A stretch of DNA of 64,000 bases from Basidiobolus meristosporus CBS 931.73 (Eukaryota; Fungi; Basidiobolomycota): the NCBI GenBank assembly GCA_002104905.1, contig MCFE01000177.1:1-64000 (forward strand). The letters run 5' to 3'. The position numbers were made by a program, and so were the translations under genes. The notes beneath the pieces were generated by a model. It searched no databases, was not told the origin of the DNA, and saw nothing but the letters and a program-made list of their open reading frames with translations. Every line of letters starts with the position of its first letter. Position 1 is the stretch's first letter. This document shows, piece by piece, positions 39,536 through 53,089 of this stretch.

Positions 39536-42500
39536 ACGCCTCGGCCCCAACGCGAAGTAATATCATTCATTCCAAGGATCGTATATATATATAATATCAA
39601 GTCAAATATGAGCGGGAATGTCCCATGCGAAGCAATGGGAGACGGGTATTTTCGCGAACCCCCTAGCCAGACGAACTCGATTGATACCAAAGATCGATTA
39701 GAAAATGAAACCCGATGGGCAGTCCAATTTTTGCTTGCTTACTTAATTTCCTTTCCTCCCTACCCACGATCCCTCATCAACAATAAAATCTCCGGAATTT
39801 TTGACTATGGTTCGGTCCCCCATACGAGGTTCGTTTGCGCCGAGGGTGGCCCAGGAAGTTCCCCTCGGGATGGAGATGGCCGGCGGTTCACTAGATCGAC
39901 TTGGAGATGGCTATCAATCATGGGCCCTGGCCATGCATGGCATCCCTGAGGAGGAAATCGATTTGCCGATTCGCCGATTCGCCAGCTACTTCCAGTCCTC
40001 GCCTACGATCCGGCAAAATCGACCGCTAGGGGTGGGATTCTCCAATTGGCTGTACGCCAAGACTAGGCGAGAATAGCTTCGGCAGAAGGAACAATGCTGC
40101 GCGAAGAAGTGCCCACCCCGTGGAAAGGGTGGATGCCCATAGTCACCATTTCGCTCCCACCAATAGGGTGGTGCAGTGGGCAAACGACGGGGCTCTAGGT
40201 CGTTGCGAAGGGGCCGAAAAGCATCTACGGTCCTGTATATTAGATGCAGAAGATCAGGCGCTAATGGACTTAAGCTTAATTCAGGATCTTCCCATCAGCA
40301 AGCTGATCTGAATCCTGTTGCGTCCGGATGCATTGGAATTGCATCAAGGGCGTCTGCGACATGCAAATTACAATCGACCTCTCTGCCATGGTAACACCAG
40401 TAATAAGCAATGTTCCAGTGCAGCCCTCTGAGAACCGGTATTCGGGTCACTAGGTGGCTTATCATTGATTGGCAACGTGGGATGGAATTCCTACCTCGAA
40501 GCAAGGTCAGGGGAGGATGGCGGATGAGGTACAAGGATGAATGAACAGCAGTAAGTGATGATACGTTCCTATTCAATGGCCTCCCCTCCCTTTGCCGATT
40601 TTGGGAAGAATTAGATACGTGCCAGCGTGCATTGATCCGTGGCTTGCAAATCTGTCCGTTGCCCAACCCGAGCGCGTCAGGACCCCTCGTCCAGCCTGGT
40701 GTGATCCAGTTGCCGGCGTCAAGCATTTCATTCACCCTTAATTTCCCGGGAATCCAGGTTCCCCAATCGTGGAAACGGTGGAGATTACTCTGGATTGCTT
40801 GATTACCAGGCCTCCAATCCGCGCGACCCCGCGTAATTGCCTGCTTCAACATTTGTTGCTCGGTGATGCCACCAACCTGAGACAAGAATTCGGTAATCCA
40901 CCTCGACATTTGGTCCCTGCAGGTATAGCCAAATGCCCGTCGCCATGGCCTATTTGGGCACGTGAATCCTTTGCCAAGCACCTAGCCTTTCTCACTCTCC
41001 CGCAAAACTCGGTGCCTGTAAGGCCTCCGCATAGTTTCCTGCCCTACGTCATGCCGAAGCTTAGCGTGACGACAGCAGGCTCAATAGAGGAAGCAGGTCG
41101 CCAAGAATTATTCTCACGAACCTGAACCTGGTTCACCATCAGAGTAGTCTTCTCCACTTCAATGCACATCAGCCTGAAGAGGAATGCATCCGATTTGGGC
41201 TGAATGGGCAGTACTTCATACTTATCAGTGGCGCATTGTGTCAATGCAGCCAAGTATTAAGCTTAACAATCCGCTCCGTGGAAATCCGGCCATTGATGTC
41301 TCGTTTCTTGGTTTCACGAGCGCGCTTCCACGCAGTCCATCATGCATTCTCATCTGATCAGCTCATATTGGCCGACCTGATCAAAGGATTCGTACCAGTA
41401 CTGCGCTATGGTGGGGGCTGGTATGCCGGTTGGAACAAGCAAATGGCTTGGGAACGCGGTTCCACGAAGCAAGGAAATCCACCAAGAGAACCGGCTGAAG
41501 ACGGCAATTCACTTCATTCTGGTTACAGGGGGTTTAGCGCCCGGAAACACGGTGATGTAGATTGGTTGAATCAACCATCAATCACCACCCATGAATGATT
41601 CTTTGCATCTGTAGTTGTACATTTGGCTTTCATTTGTGCCACCGATTGTCTGCAATAGGTAGCCCTCCCGCTCTGCATGTATCTTCCACCGCCCTTAGGA
41701 CATGCATATGAATTGTGTATAGGAAATGTTGGTATGCGTACAAATGTGTCAGGTTATTCCTCCGCACTGGTTTACACCTAGCTTGCAAGTTGACTTTACG
41801 CAGTGTTACCTGGTGAGGAGTACAATATGCCATCAAATATTGACCCAACACGCCCCAAGTTCGGATGGAATAGTTCAGTTGCATCTTTGAGAAGACTGCT
41901 CGTGTAGTACGAGAGGTTGGTAGCACTATGCCCATTGATACACTTACATCAATAAAACATATCAGCACTCACAGATTCTATTAAATTCCTATTCGTCATC
42001 AGAATCTTGCTTCCACCGTTTTTTGTATTTGTAGCAATGAAAACTGTTGGTTCGGACAATAACTGTGGCAAGACGACCCTTAGACTAGGTCATATCAGCT
42101 ACGAGGTAACCAACTCATTTGCTTACTCTTACTTCTTGGCAACAATCTTCTCTATGGCACTCGATCAAACTATCTAAAGTTATATGTATTGTACTACAAG
42201 GAGTCAACAATGACTCTCCTTCTCATACACCACTAAACACTGTGCTTGGCCTACAACTTGTATTCAACCAGGTATTTAGAGTGTGCTTCAAATGCAGACT
42301 ACCTGTACTGCTTAATCAGGCTCATGAGCAGTGATGGCTAGAGAAACATGCAAGAGGAATTTGCAACCCAATTTAACCTTCAAGTCATTTCATGACTAAC
42401 CTATAAAAATAAAATACCAATGATTGAGATACCTAATGGAATACTTCCATGAATTGGTTCATTGTGTAAAATTAATGAAGAATGGATAACAGCACTTCAA

Positions 42501-42999
42501 TAAAGCTATTAGATTCAGAAAGAAGCCCATTAAACCTCAGTGTAGAAGAATAAAGAAAGATATGAGTAATCATAGCTTTTGTAGAGCAGTGATATTTCTT
42601 AGGTAGCTGAACCATATTTCCTCAGAACTGGACAATTAATCCTATCTTTGAGATAGATACCGGCATCTTCTCTCAACACATCTCCTTCCTTTCTTGTCTA
42701 AGCTTAGTATTTAGAGATATTGTTTCTGTATTGTACCCAGAGATATTTGGTGTACTTGGGAATGCTATCAAATACAAGCTGGAGACTTTACAATTAATGA
42801 GATTGCTTTCACATTATAAATGGAAAATACAAGTTATATTTGTAATCCATTTGTAGTTACTGTGTAAGGTAGTAAGAATGTTATAAAACATCAATGGCTC
42901 TCTGTTGAGCATTAGATGGACTATGATGGCTCCTTGTCACGCATAAATAATGCATTGTAGATTGTTGACATATTGTTAACTTGAATGGAGCATATGTAG

Positions 43000-43430
43000 T
43001 CACCTCCCCTCACATCATGAATATCAAACTGCAAAATTCTTCCAGTATACTTACACTACAACAACCTCATGCATTGAGCAAACTAGTTGAAACACAATGC
43101 TGATGCATCCATCAAATACCCTTCCAAAACAACTTTGTGCCATAAGTAGATCCAATACAGATGGACTTTCTGTAGTTTTTATTACACAGCACATTAGAAA
43201 ATCTACCAATTTTAACTGAATCTTCACAGCATGTTGTAAGTACATGTAATATCAATACTTCTAGATTGCCTATTTTGATAGGAAGGCAATCTGAGAGCAG
43301 TGGAGACATACCCAGATAGCCAGATGTCTGATGTAAGCCTACCTCAATCATGTCACCTACTGTGCTCATCATAACCTTGGATGCATTAAATTTGAAATAT
43401 TGAACTGCTTCTGGAGGAATAGTTATCCAA
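43000..43430 (-). pseudogene. Possible CMC-type transposase fragment
   Basis: STVGDMIEVGL..SGYLGMS...DCLPI resembles ICIGDTPAISKKAGFSGHNG..C..C in 50269-50559; CpG-free context. Confidence 0.35.
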
Positions 43431-43639
43431 TATAAACAGTTAAGTCAGGTATTGTCATAAATCTTTTGGCACAAGCTGACATTTACATATTCTGATATGG
43501 AGAGTGCACAAAACAGAAGAGGGGTGGAAATCTATAAAAGGCATATGGCTAGTCCCTTATGATGCTAGGCTACCAATTAACCAAATGATATTTCACTTTT
43601 CTACCTTGCCATGTGCCAATCATGTATTCAAATATAGAA

Positions 43640-44110
43640 TCACCCCAATTTATTTACTTACCCACTACCACCTAGGTATTCCACATATAGTGTGAATCAA
43701 AAAAAACTATGGCCTCCTGCTTACTAGCCTATACATACATGCACACCCGCCACAACTGACACACTTCTATCACCTCAGCTTTATGGCTTTTCAGTGAAAT
43801 ACTTGCAAGATTGCCATATGCCTAGTATTGCTGGTAACATATACATGTTGCATATATATACTTGGTTGCTGCCACTTTGTCATGAATACCTCTTGAGCAT
43901 CTGCCAATACTTTTTGGTACTTTGTAATATACTCCACCCCCAGCTAGATTCCAGTCACCCATTTAGGTGTTGCTACTATTGCTATGAACTCCTCTTGAAT
44001 ACCCACAAAATACTATTTCATACCTGGCCAGTATTTCTCTTCTCCCTGCTGGATTCTATTCCCCCTTGTAGGTACACTCTGGTTCTTGTTAGTATGAACT
44101 CTCTATTCAA
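43640..44110 (-). mobile_element. C-terminal CACTA transposase fragment (third copy)
   Basis: Nucleotide homology to 48900-49230: GGTATTCCACATATAGT.TGAATCA, ACTTCTATCACCTCA, CCATGAATACCTC/TCATGAATACCTC, CTCCCTGCTGGA, ACACTCTGGTTCTTG/GCACTCTGGTTCTTG. Confidence 0.75.
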
Positions 44111-45609
44111 TGGCTTATGAGCCTCACTCCCCCACAACAGCACCCTGCATGAGACTGGCAGAATCCCAATATCCAATGAGTCAGTTGTTGTGCACATTGT
44201 GATTAGTTTGTGGCTGGTCATGCAATGCAGTGACTAATCAATAGTTACAACAACTTCCAGTGTGCTAATACTAAGATAGTTTATTAGGAGTCTGCAATAC
44301 CAATAGAGGCTATAACTATGACTAATATCCTCAATCTTAGACTAAAAAATATACCATAAGCAGTGTTTCCCACTTTGACAGCAGATGCCTGACCTACTGA
44401 TGACTACTTGGCTTATTTACCTTTATAGAAACTTCTCTGTCTTAGGAGCTCACTTTCCTTTCTGAGAAAGTATTTCCTCATTTGGAAATCTCAAGCTCCC
44501 CTTTGACCTGACAGAGTATGGTAGAGCTGTCTCTAAAGGGGTCATTAGACTGAAGAGGAGTCATTAGAGTAATGGGGCTTCCAACAGTGGTCTCTAATGT
44601 GGACTTTACATTAGAGAGGTGCCTGAAGAGACTTCTTAAAGGGATCTCCAAAAAGGTCCCTATACTAAAGTAATGCTTGTAGCGTAAAACAGTTTCTTAG
44701 ATGGGACTTTTCCAACTATAAATTGATGGTATTCATACACAGCTTAGATTGGACTCTTATGAGCTTTGCAATCTATTTACTGATATAGTACCAATCCAAG
44801 TCAAATACTCCGCAGTGCAAGAGATGCATGGGAAGTCTCAAGCCCCTTGAATTTGCAATTGTAGTATGGAAATTCTGGAAAGTGAGGCTTCCTTTTATTT
44901 TACATTAAGGGAAGCCATAAATATAAGAATTCAGAAGGATCAAAGCTTTAAAGCAATATTGCAAGCAATACATGCGATATGAGGATGAAATCTCAGTAGT
45001 GCAGATTAGACATAGGTACAGGACCTGTAAAGATCTCATGTAATTTGAATAGCCAGATCACAAATTACATACAATCAAAGTCAGTAAAGTAAAACTAGTT
45101 ATAGAATGCTTATATAAATGGATATTGGGCTCTTTTGATAATAACTGCTCAAGTGTTGCTTCAAACAAGGTTTGATGTGAGACATGTGCTGGCTACCAAG
45201 TGTTATAAATGACATAGTAGTCCTGGATGTAGTGATAATCAAAGTTGTGAGCTTTGGTGCCTTGAAATGGAAACTCCTAATTCTTCATATCTACCACTTT
45301 AGCAAATGGCAAAATGAAGAAATTGACTTGTTCCATTGGATAGTGCCACATAGTGCCAGCCTGTTTATAGTGCCGGATTGATGTGGCACTGTAATTTCTA
45401 CCATTATGCCAGTGGTAGGATGCAGTTACTGGTATTTTTACTCAATTTTACTTATATTACACATTACAGTGCCTTTCATGCTTTGTTTACTTTTCATAAT
45501 GCTCCAGACACATTTCTCTGAGTGGATGTCTTCTTGTATAAGTATACTGTACATCAATAAGCATCTTAGCTACTTTACCTCTTGTGCTGTTTTCTCCTAT
45601 ATATGACTT

Positions 45610-46560
45610 TCATCTGTGTTTACCTGCTAATAAGCTGAATCTCTTTAGATATCCAAATGTATACCCTACTCTCACTCTCAAATGATTAAATATCTCATTG
45701 TAGAGCTTCTGCTTCCTGCTAAGCACTCCATTCCTTGGCTTCCTATGAGCTGTTATATATCCTAATCTCTGGCAATCCTCTCTTATAAAAGCTAAGTCTG
45801 CTATATATTTCTCCCTCTACTGAATTCTGGACTATTCTCTAACCAGAGTGCATTGTCATGCCTACTTCCAGCAAATGGCCAACTAAGCCAGAAGATATTA
45901 CCCTCAGTGTCCAACAGTGCCTGAAACTTTGCACAGTGTGCTTTGTATTTGCCAGAATCAAAGTACCTCTACCCTCTAGAAGGTCTGTTAATCCTGACTG
46001 GGAAGGTATCTGAAAGCCTCCTGATATGGAACCTGTTGCTGAGCACTCCGGGATATGGAAGTTTACTGGAGCTTTGGAGCCTAGTATTCCAAGCCTGCTC
46101 TAAGTAACTCATACCCTCTGCAAGGTGGTACTTGATTGCTGTCAGCTGGGAATTAAAGCTTTTAGGACTACTGTAGCCATGAATGGTGAGATGAAACCAT
46201 GTAGGGCAATAGTTCCTGTAAAAGCAGAGACACTTAACAAGGGATTACTTTGAGTAGATTTGGGTAGATGGTCCTCAGTGCATGGTATGGATCTCCTCTA
46301 TTGTGTCAAAAGGAAATACAGTGGTAGTGATGGGATTGATGAGAAAAGACCATTCAGATGTGCAAGTCATATCAAAATTGATATGTGAGCAAATAGATAT
46401 GATAGGAAATGATTTGGCATGAGCATCTTGATTTATCTGATTTTCCCTGCATTATGATTAAATCTCCATGAATTTTCATGTATCCCATCATTATGTAGAA
46501 AAAATCAACTGCAAAGAACAACTTGTTGACTTCATTGCTGATATACTCACAAGTCAACAA
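45610..46560 (-). pseudogene. DDE_Tnp_4 / IS5-like transposase, degenerate
   Basis: HTH-like FFYIMMGYMK; SDTFPVRINRP...RYFDSGKYKAHCAKFQALLDTEGNIFWLSWPFAGSRHD; after a frameshift YIADLAF and QKLYNEIFNHLRVRVGYTFGYLKRFSLL. Confidence 0.78.
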
Positions 46561-46999
46561 TCAATAGGAAATCTGTGATTGATGTGATCTGATCTGTGTC
46601 AACACAATTCAAGATGCATCATGCATAATACATGGAAAATTCAACAATCACATTAGTTTCCACATATATATAAAATATAAGACCAGGTTGGTGCCAATAT
46701 ACCACTTTGTAAGTATCCAAATCTGTCACTATGGTCCCTATACCAAGTCTCAACATATTTGTAGTACAACCTAGACAAAACTCATCTCCCAGCAACAAGC
46801 ATGGTCTGGACTGGAAAAGTCAATGTCAGATGTGTTTGAGTTCTTGCCAAATGATTTTAGTATGTCATAAGTGTCTATGATGAGCCTTCATACAGATATG
46901 TGGGCCCTACTCATTAGTCCAGCAGGACTGGATACCTCAGAGAGTTGACAGAGATGGAAGAATCTGAGTAGAAAGCAGTGGCAAGAGTTCTACATCAAG

Positions 47000-48100
47000 G
47001 TGCCAGAAGATGTATGTAAGAAGATATATAGCAAGACAGGTACTGAGATCCTGTTGGCATGCCAGCACATGTCAGTCCAATCTACACCAAAACCCCTTGC
47101 AAGAGTGCCCTGCATCAAGTCAACCCATGTCAGACCAATGCACATTCTTCAGAGCAAAACTACCAGAACTTACCAAACAGCTTATTTAGACACAAGTCTG
47201 TTGGAGCAGGCCAAGTCACATCAACATAAAACTTTACATTGAACTTGTCAGTTCAGGCTGGTTCTGTCATATTGTCTGGAGCAATTCAGTATGGCCAAGC
47301 TCCAGCATTGCACTCTTCAACTGGGAGGCAAAATACTGACCACAAGTACACAACTAGTCAAGATGATAGTCAACAAGGAAGTAGTTCAGGTGTGCAAAGT
47401 GGATCACCAGCAAATACTTCAATAATAATCCCTGTGAGAGAAAAATCTAGGAGAAGATGATGCAATTGCATCAAATTGTTACCATTTGTCATAATCCAAA
47501 TAACACATTTTTTTTGCAATCCAAATAAAGCCATTGCAAATCAGTGATCACTAGATTTTTGCTATAAATAATATCAAGGTTGTCTCACATTTGAGACAAA
47601 GCCCCTATAATAAGCCCCTTGCATATGTATACATCCTCTGTAATACCAGTGCAGCAATTCAATCTGATTTGCACTTACACAATTGGTTGTGTGCATGCTA
47701 TGACACCTTGTCCAATCACTAAGATCAGGGATTTACTTGCTCAATGGGCAAAATGGGATATTTGATGGCAAATCCAGTAGCTTGTGTAATGGTTAATGAG
47801 CCAGTTGGGAGCTAAGAGTTTCAGGATACCTTGAGACCAATCAGCCACTGACATACCATCCAATTGGAGTGATGGTAATCAGAATGGTAATTATCTAAGT
47901 GATATGCATTTATTTCAGTATACATCAGAGAAACATATCCAAGTACTGGATTTACCTACCACAATGATGGGAGCCAATTGCACATGTGATGCAAAGATTA
48001 CAAGTTGGCACTGTGCCAACCTCCTTGTGTCAGATTGTGCCATAGTGTGCAAGATTGTCCTACCCAGTGCAAAATTGCCCAAGAGCAATCCTGCATTCTG
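47000..48100 (+). pseudogene. Fossil ORF2 of unknown function
   Basis: Peptides conserved with the inverted copy 25380-26450: ALHSS.RQ.TD.KYT..QDDSQQ, ICHNP.N, N.SAAI..L.L.NWL.A.YDTLS, LLNGQ..IFDGKS..LC, TNQ.LTY.P..MV..MV. Confidence 0.5.
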
Positions 48101-48895
48101 GTAGCAACAATGCTGCGCCCAATTGTTTTTTGCAACAACAGATTGCACCACTTGCCCTGGCATGGCGCAATAGAACAAGTCTAATGAGTGCAATATCACT
48201 ATTGAGATATTGTAGGAATAAGGTGCTTTATATTACCACAAGTCTCCCCTAGCATTGAACAAGACTTCCCTCATTATTACGCCTGATATGGAACTTATTC
48301 ACTCTGTTACAAAGCTGAGCAAGTACATGTAGTGTACAGTCATATTCTGCTAGTTTATAAGATTCATTTTTGCTTGCATTGATGATCTTATGAGGAACTT
48401 ATCATTGTATATCCAGTTTGTCCTATGAAAAATAATTTGGTCCTGTGGGTGGATCCAATCCAGATCAGCCCTCAGAATCACATTTGGAGACCGTCATAAT
48501 ACTGGCAGTTTAGAATTAGTGACTCTCTTGGCAATTTTATGACAGATCACAACAGCATTTTGCTGATTTTATTGCCAAATAAAGTTATAAAACTTGATGG
48601 GGTTTGATTAGTGCTGTAACAATAATTGCATGGCATTGTTGCAGTCTTGATGCACTCTAAAATTATCTTGAATGGATCTAACCAGCCAGGACACCCAATT
48701 GCCTCATATTGCAAAAAACATGACAGTATATCAACAGCCTCACAGCAAGACTCTAGTGCCATTATTACAGCAGTATGGTGGCCTACAGCTAGTTCTGTAT
48801 AATGCTACCATACCAACTTACCAGATGGTATTTCTTTTCTACCTCCTCTTGTGCAACTCATTTATTCCACTGTAGAATCAGCCCACTTTGATTGC

Positions 48896-51150
48896 TTACC
48901 AACTACTACCTTGGGTATTCCACATATAGTTTGAATCAGAAAAAACTATGGCCTCCGGCTTACAAATCTCTACAAACATGCACACCTGCCCCAATTGACA
49001 TACTTCTATCACCTCAACTTTCCCGCTTTTTAGTGTGATATCTGCAAAGTTGCCATATACCATGTACTGCAGGTAACATACACATCTTGCAAACATATGC
49101 TTAGTTGCCACCACTTCTGCCATGAATACCTCCTAAATATCTGCAAAGAATTTTGCGGTATTTTGCCAATATATTCCTTCTCCCTGCTGGAATCTAGTCC
49201 CCCTCATAGGTGCACTCTGGTTCTTGTTTGTGAGAATTCTGTATTGAATGGTGTAGAAGTTGGTTTGTGACCAAGAGAAATCTTACATACCTTGATAAAG
49301 TTTTCCTGACACAAATTAGTCGCTTGTTGCACTCAACCCAACTTTGCATTACATAACTGATTGCCCATACATTGGAGCTGCTTTGCTTCTTAATGCCATA
49401 GGCATAGGTGTCTCCATATGTAAATCTATCCTCAGTACTTTCCAACTCTTCCTGGCTGTCCTCCATGTGCCAACTCATCACATCCATGACGGACTTCAAG
49501 GTAATATTCTTGATGAGATTGGGATATGGTAATACCTGCAACTTGACTTGACTTCCTATCTCCACACACATCTGCTGCATAGGAAACTCCCAATAGTTGA
49601 AACAAGGCCCAATACTCTCCACACCCCAAGCAGGATGGAGTAGAGAATGGGTACAGTAGTGGCAGAGATCTACACATTCAGCTTTATGTTTGTAGTATGG
49701 CTGCTCAAATCCCATTGCAAACTCCTTGCAAAACAGCTGTAGATGCATCAAGTTGGCATTGGTGATCTGCTTCTGGATAAATATTCCTACAATGTCCACA
49801 TATGACTCCCAATGCTTCCAATGTACTCTTGGTAGGAATGGATTCAGAACACCACTTGAATAAATACATATCCAGTTCATCCAGTCTTTGCAATTGTATT
49901 GTCACAAATGCATATGAATATTAATTGATTGGTGCCTGTGAGAAGTACTTAGGGTGGTGGATACTTTGTAATATCTTGCCAATTTGTTCAAGTTTCTCTA
50001 GTATTGTGAAGGGATCATTTAGCTTGAAATGCCCCTTGTACAACTTTGTCATCAGTATAGGTATGTTGTTGAAAAGCAAATGCATTACTCCCAGTGGAAA
50101 GCTTTTGCTCCTACAGATACCCCCTATCTTAAGTATCTCCAGTTTACAATTGATTCCATATTCTGTCCAATGGCTTATAGCTTGCCAACTTTGCTGCAAT
50201 TGCATGCTGACTCCGGCACATTCTCTCTATGGGAACATGATGTTCTCAGTGTTGATGTTTGGGTAATATTAATAAGTGTGAGTTGTGGAGTAAATCCCCT
50301 GGATCTCACATATTTGAAAGCAATACCATCCATTGTGCCCAGAAAAACCTGCTTTCTTGCTGATGGCTGGTGTATCTCCAATGCAGATGATAACATGAGC
50401 ATTTAAATGACAGCCATTTACTGTTATCCCACTGGAAAGCATACAAAATTTATCTAGTAATGGATACAGGTAGCTATCCAGGTTGGGTAGTGATCTAGGC
50501 CCAGATTCCAGTGAGACTACCATCAAATTCTTGCCCTGACACTGTAAGATGGGTGGCATATTCAGATTGATGAGAATCAGTGGCCAGCAGTATTTGCTGG
50601 TAGACTACATGCTTAATGAGAATCCATCAAGTGCTAAAGCAAAGGCATGGCCATACATACCTTTAAAGTAGGCCTTGCTTCTTAGCTGTTTGTGATGTTT
50701 GCCATCAAATATATCAGATATGTTTGTGCTAGATAGATACTGAGTGTGGTGCTGTATAACTGTGTAATATTTGTTTGACTGCATTAGCTTTTTAGATGGG
50801 GTACTACTGGAATATATCTGGAGTGTGAGCAATGTTTTACCTTGATGGTAGTGGTTTCCAGACAACTTGGGCACATTGCAATGGAATCAATTTTGGATAT
50901 GAATGCCATGCAACTGTTAACACATGCAGGAATCAGGCCAGTCTGTGGATCATATGTTGCCAGCCACATGATGGCTGTCCACCTGTACCATGTACATGGT
51001 GAGTTGCATCCTGGAATGATATTGGCAAGAAGTAGAAATAAATTCTCAAAGCCCCCATTGCTGATATTAGTGGAAATGTGCCACTTCTCTAGCCACAACA
51101 ATACATCATTCACCAGTGGATGAATTACTGGGCTCCTTAGCTCCATAAAG
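48896..51150 (-). pseudogene. CACTA (tnp2-family-like) transposase, degenerate
   Basis: FALALDGFSL, CWPLILINLNMPP, GPRSLPNLDSYLYPLL, ICIGDTPAISKKAGFSGHNG, FPLGVMHLLFNNI, HSLLHPAWGVESIGPCFNYWEFPMQQMC, LPYPNL. Confidence 0.85.
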
Positions 51151-52112
51151 TATCCTTGTCATTTGTTTCAATGGGTGTTGTCTCATTGCATATTGCGATT
51201 TGACCAGGCTCATGCATGCTACTGTTGTTAGGTGAGATAGTCTCACAATCCATCAGTTAACCTTCTTTGTCAGAGCTATCACTCTGCATGCCATATTCAG
51301 AAGGCTGAGGTGAGCCTAACGGCATTACAAACTCACCCAACTCAGTTTGCACAAGGTGACAAAGACAGCCAGGTGCAAATATAAAAGTATCACCTACCTG
51401 GCAAGATGCTGGTAAAGTTGCCTGGTTCCCAGCCAAGCCCCACTGCTGACAGTCACAGAAGAGCAGTTGGACAACAGCTTGCTTTGACATCCAGTGCAAC
51501 AAGCAGGGCTACATCCAAAAAAGACCATGTTGACAGTGTGCCCACTGAAGGTAATAATATGGACTCCTCAGGCTCTCAGTCAAGTAGGCAGTTGAGAACC
51601 TCTGTGGAGCCACAAGCTGACTGTTATGCTCAGGCAGAGGCAAATGTAGTCAAGTAGTACCCTCAGTTGAAGACCAGCAAGTAGCTGTTGTAGCATCACC
51701 ACTACCCATATTAGCAAGTATGTTGTCAGCTCATACCAAAGCTTTAATAAAGCAATTAGGTGCAGTAGCTGATAGGATAAATGTAATGTCCCAGAGATAT
51801 CAGGAAATTGTCCAGAAGCAGGGTGAGCAGATAGTACATGTAGAGCAATCATTATCCCAGGTAGAGAAAGCAGTATGTTTGCTGCAAAGAAGGGACTCAA
51901 GTAGCTCAATGTCAGAGACAAGTATTGAGCCATTTTCTAATAGAACAGCAGAGGAACACTGTACAGTCTTTGCAGCATAACAACAGTGCCCAAAGAAAAA
52001 CCTATCACTGTGTGGTAGGGAGACAATGTGGTGTTTGTGCCAAAGCCTAAAAATCAAAAGACATTGAAGATACGTAAAGCCATCAAGTACAATAATGAAC
52101 AGTGAGCTAATA

Positions 52113-52844
52113 GACTTGTTCCGTTGGATAGTGCCACATTGAGCCATGAGTGCCAAATGATGCCATGGTGTGCCAGAGAGGTAAAGTGAGCCTATACTTG
52201 GCCACAGAGTGTGAAACATAGCTCTGCATCTTCATGTAAAGCAGCCCCTGTGCTTCACCCATTATGCAGGAGAAAATCCATTTTTTGACCTTTTTTTGTG
52301 GATCAATGTAGCTCAGGATGTGTAAGAGCACAGGAGAACTGAAGATATGCATCTGGTACTCAATACCCATGGCACTCTGAATCTAGCTCCTGTAGCTTGT
52401 ATCATGTCACAAAAATGAATGGCACTATCTTGGTCCACTGGTACTATCTGGCACTATAATTAAATAGTAGACCTAAAGTAAGAGCTATACAAAGCACTTA
52501 TAGTGCCAGATATTACCAGTGGACCAAGATAGTGCCATTCATTTTTGTGACATGATACAAGCTACAGGAGCTAGATTCAGAGTGCTATGGGTATTGAGTA
52601 CCAGATGCATATCTCCAATCTGCTTGTGCTCTAATACATCCTGCACAACATTGATCCAAAAAAAAAGGTCAAAAAATAGATTTTCTCCAACACAATAGGT
52701 GAAACACAGGGGCTGCTTTGCATGAAGATGCAGAGCTATGTTTCACACTCTGTGGCCAGGTAGAGGCTCACTCGGCCTCTCTGGCGCACTATGGCATCAT
52801 TTGGCACTCATGGCTCAATGTGGCACTATCCAACAAAACAATTC
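52113..52844. mobile_element. Foldback MITE-like element, 732 bp, 5-bp TSD TAATA
   Basis: Termini GACTTGTTCCGTTGGATAGTGCCA...TGGCACTATCCAACAAAACAATTC; arms 52113-~52458 and ~52499-52844; TAATA at 52108-52112 and 52845-52849. Confidence 0.88.
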
Positions 52845-53089
52845 TAATATTCAAGAGGCTGCCAGAAGTCTAGCATGCCATCACCTTAAGGATGGCATAC
52901 CTTGGGATCATCAGGAATTCAAGGCCAAGTAGAATGCACTTGACTTGTTCCATGAGCATTATCCTGGAATCAAGCAGAAAAACAGATTTTGGGCCAGCAT
53001 TTGTATGCTAAGAAAGTATCCTAAGAATAGCAGAAACTATCAAAGGCAGAAGAACTAGGGTACCATGGCTAAAAACCAGCAGCTTCCTC

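Larger units (their letters stand above)
45325..48181. mobile_element. Putative two-ORF PIF/Harbinger/ISL2EU-type element (2857 bp)
   Basis: Left end GACTTGTTCCATTGGATAGTGCCACAT, right end ATAGAACAAGTC; encloses a DDE_Tnp_4-like transposase fossil and a divergent second ORF. Flanks AAATT/TAATG are not a clean TSD, so pairing of the ends is inferred. Confidence 0.55.

Noticed and set aside
37748-39550. Minus-strand ORFs of 194, 132 and 100 aa overlapping GH9
   Set aside because: Antisense shadows of a strongly coding gene; no motifs.
52942-52955. Another GACTTGTTCC resembling the MITE terminus
   Set aside because: It lies in the ORF2 frame (ALDLFHEHYP), similarity ends after ~10 nt and there is no partner end or TSD; treated as chance.
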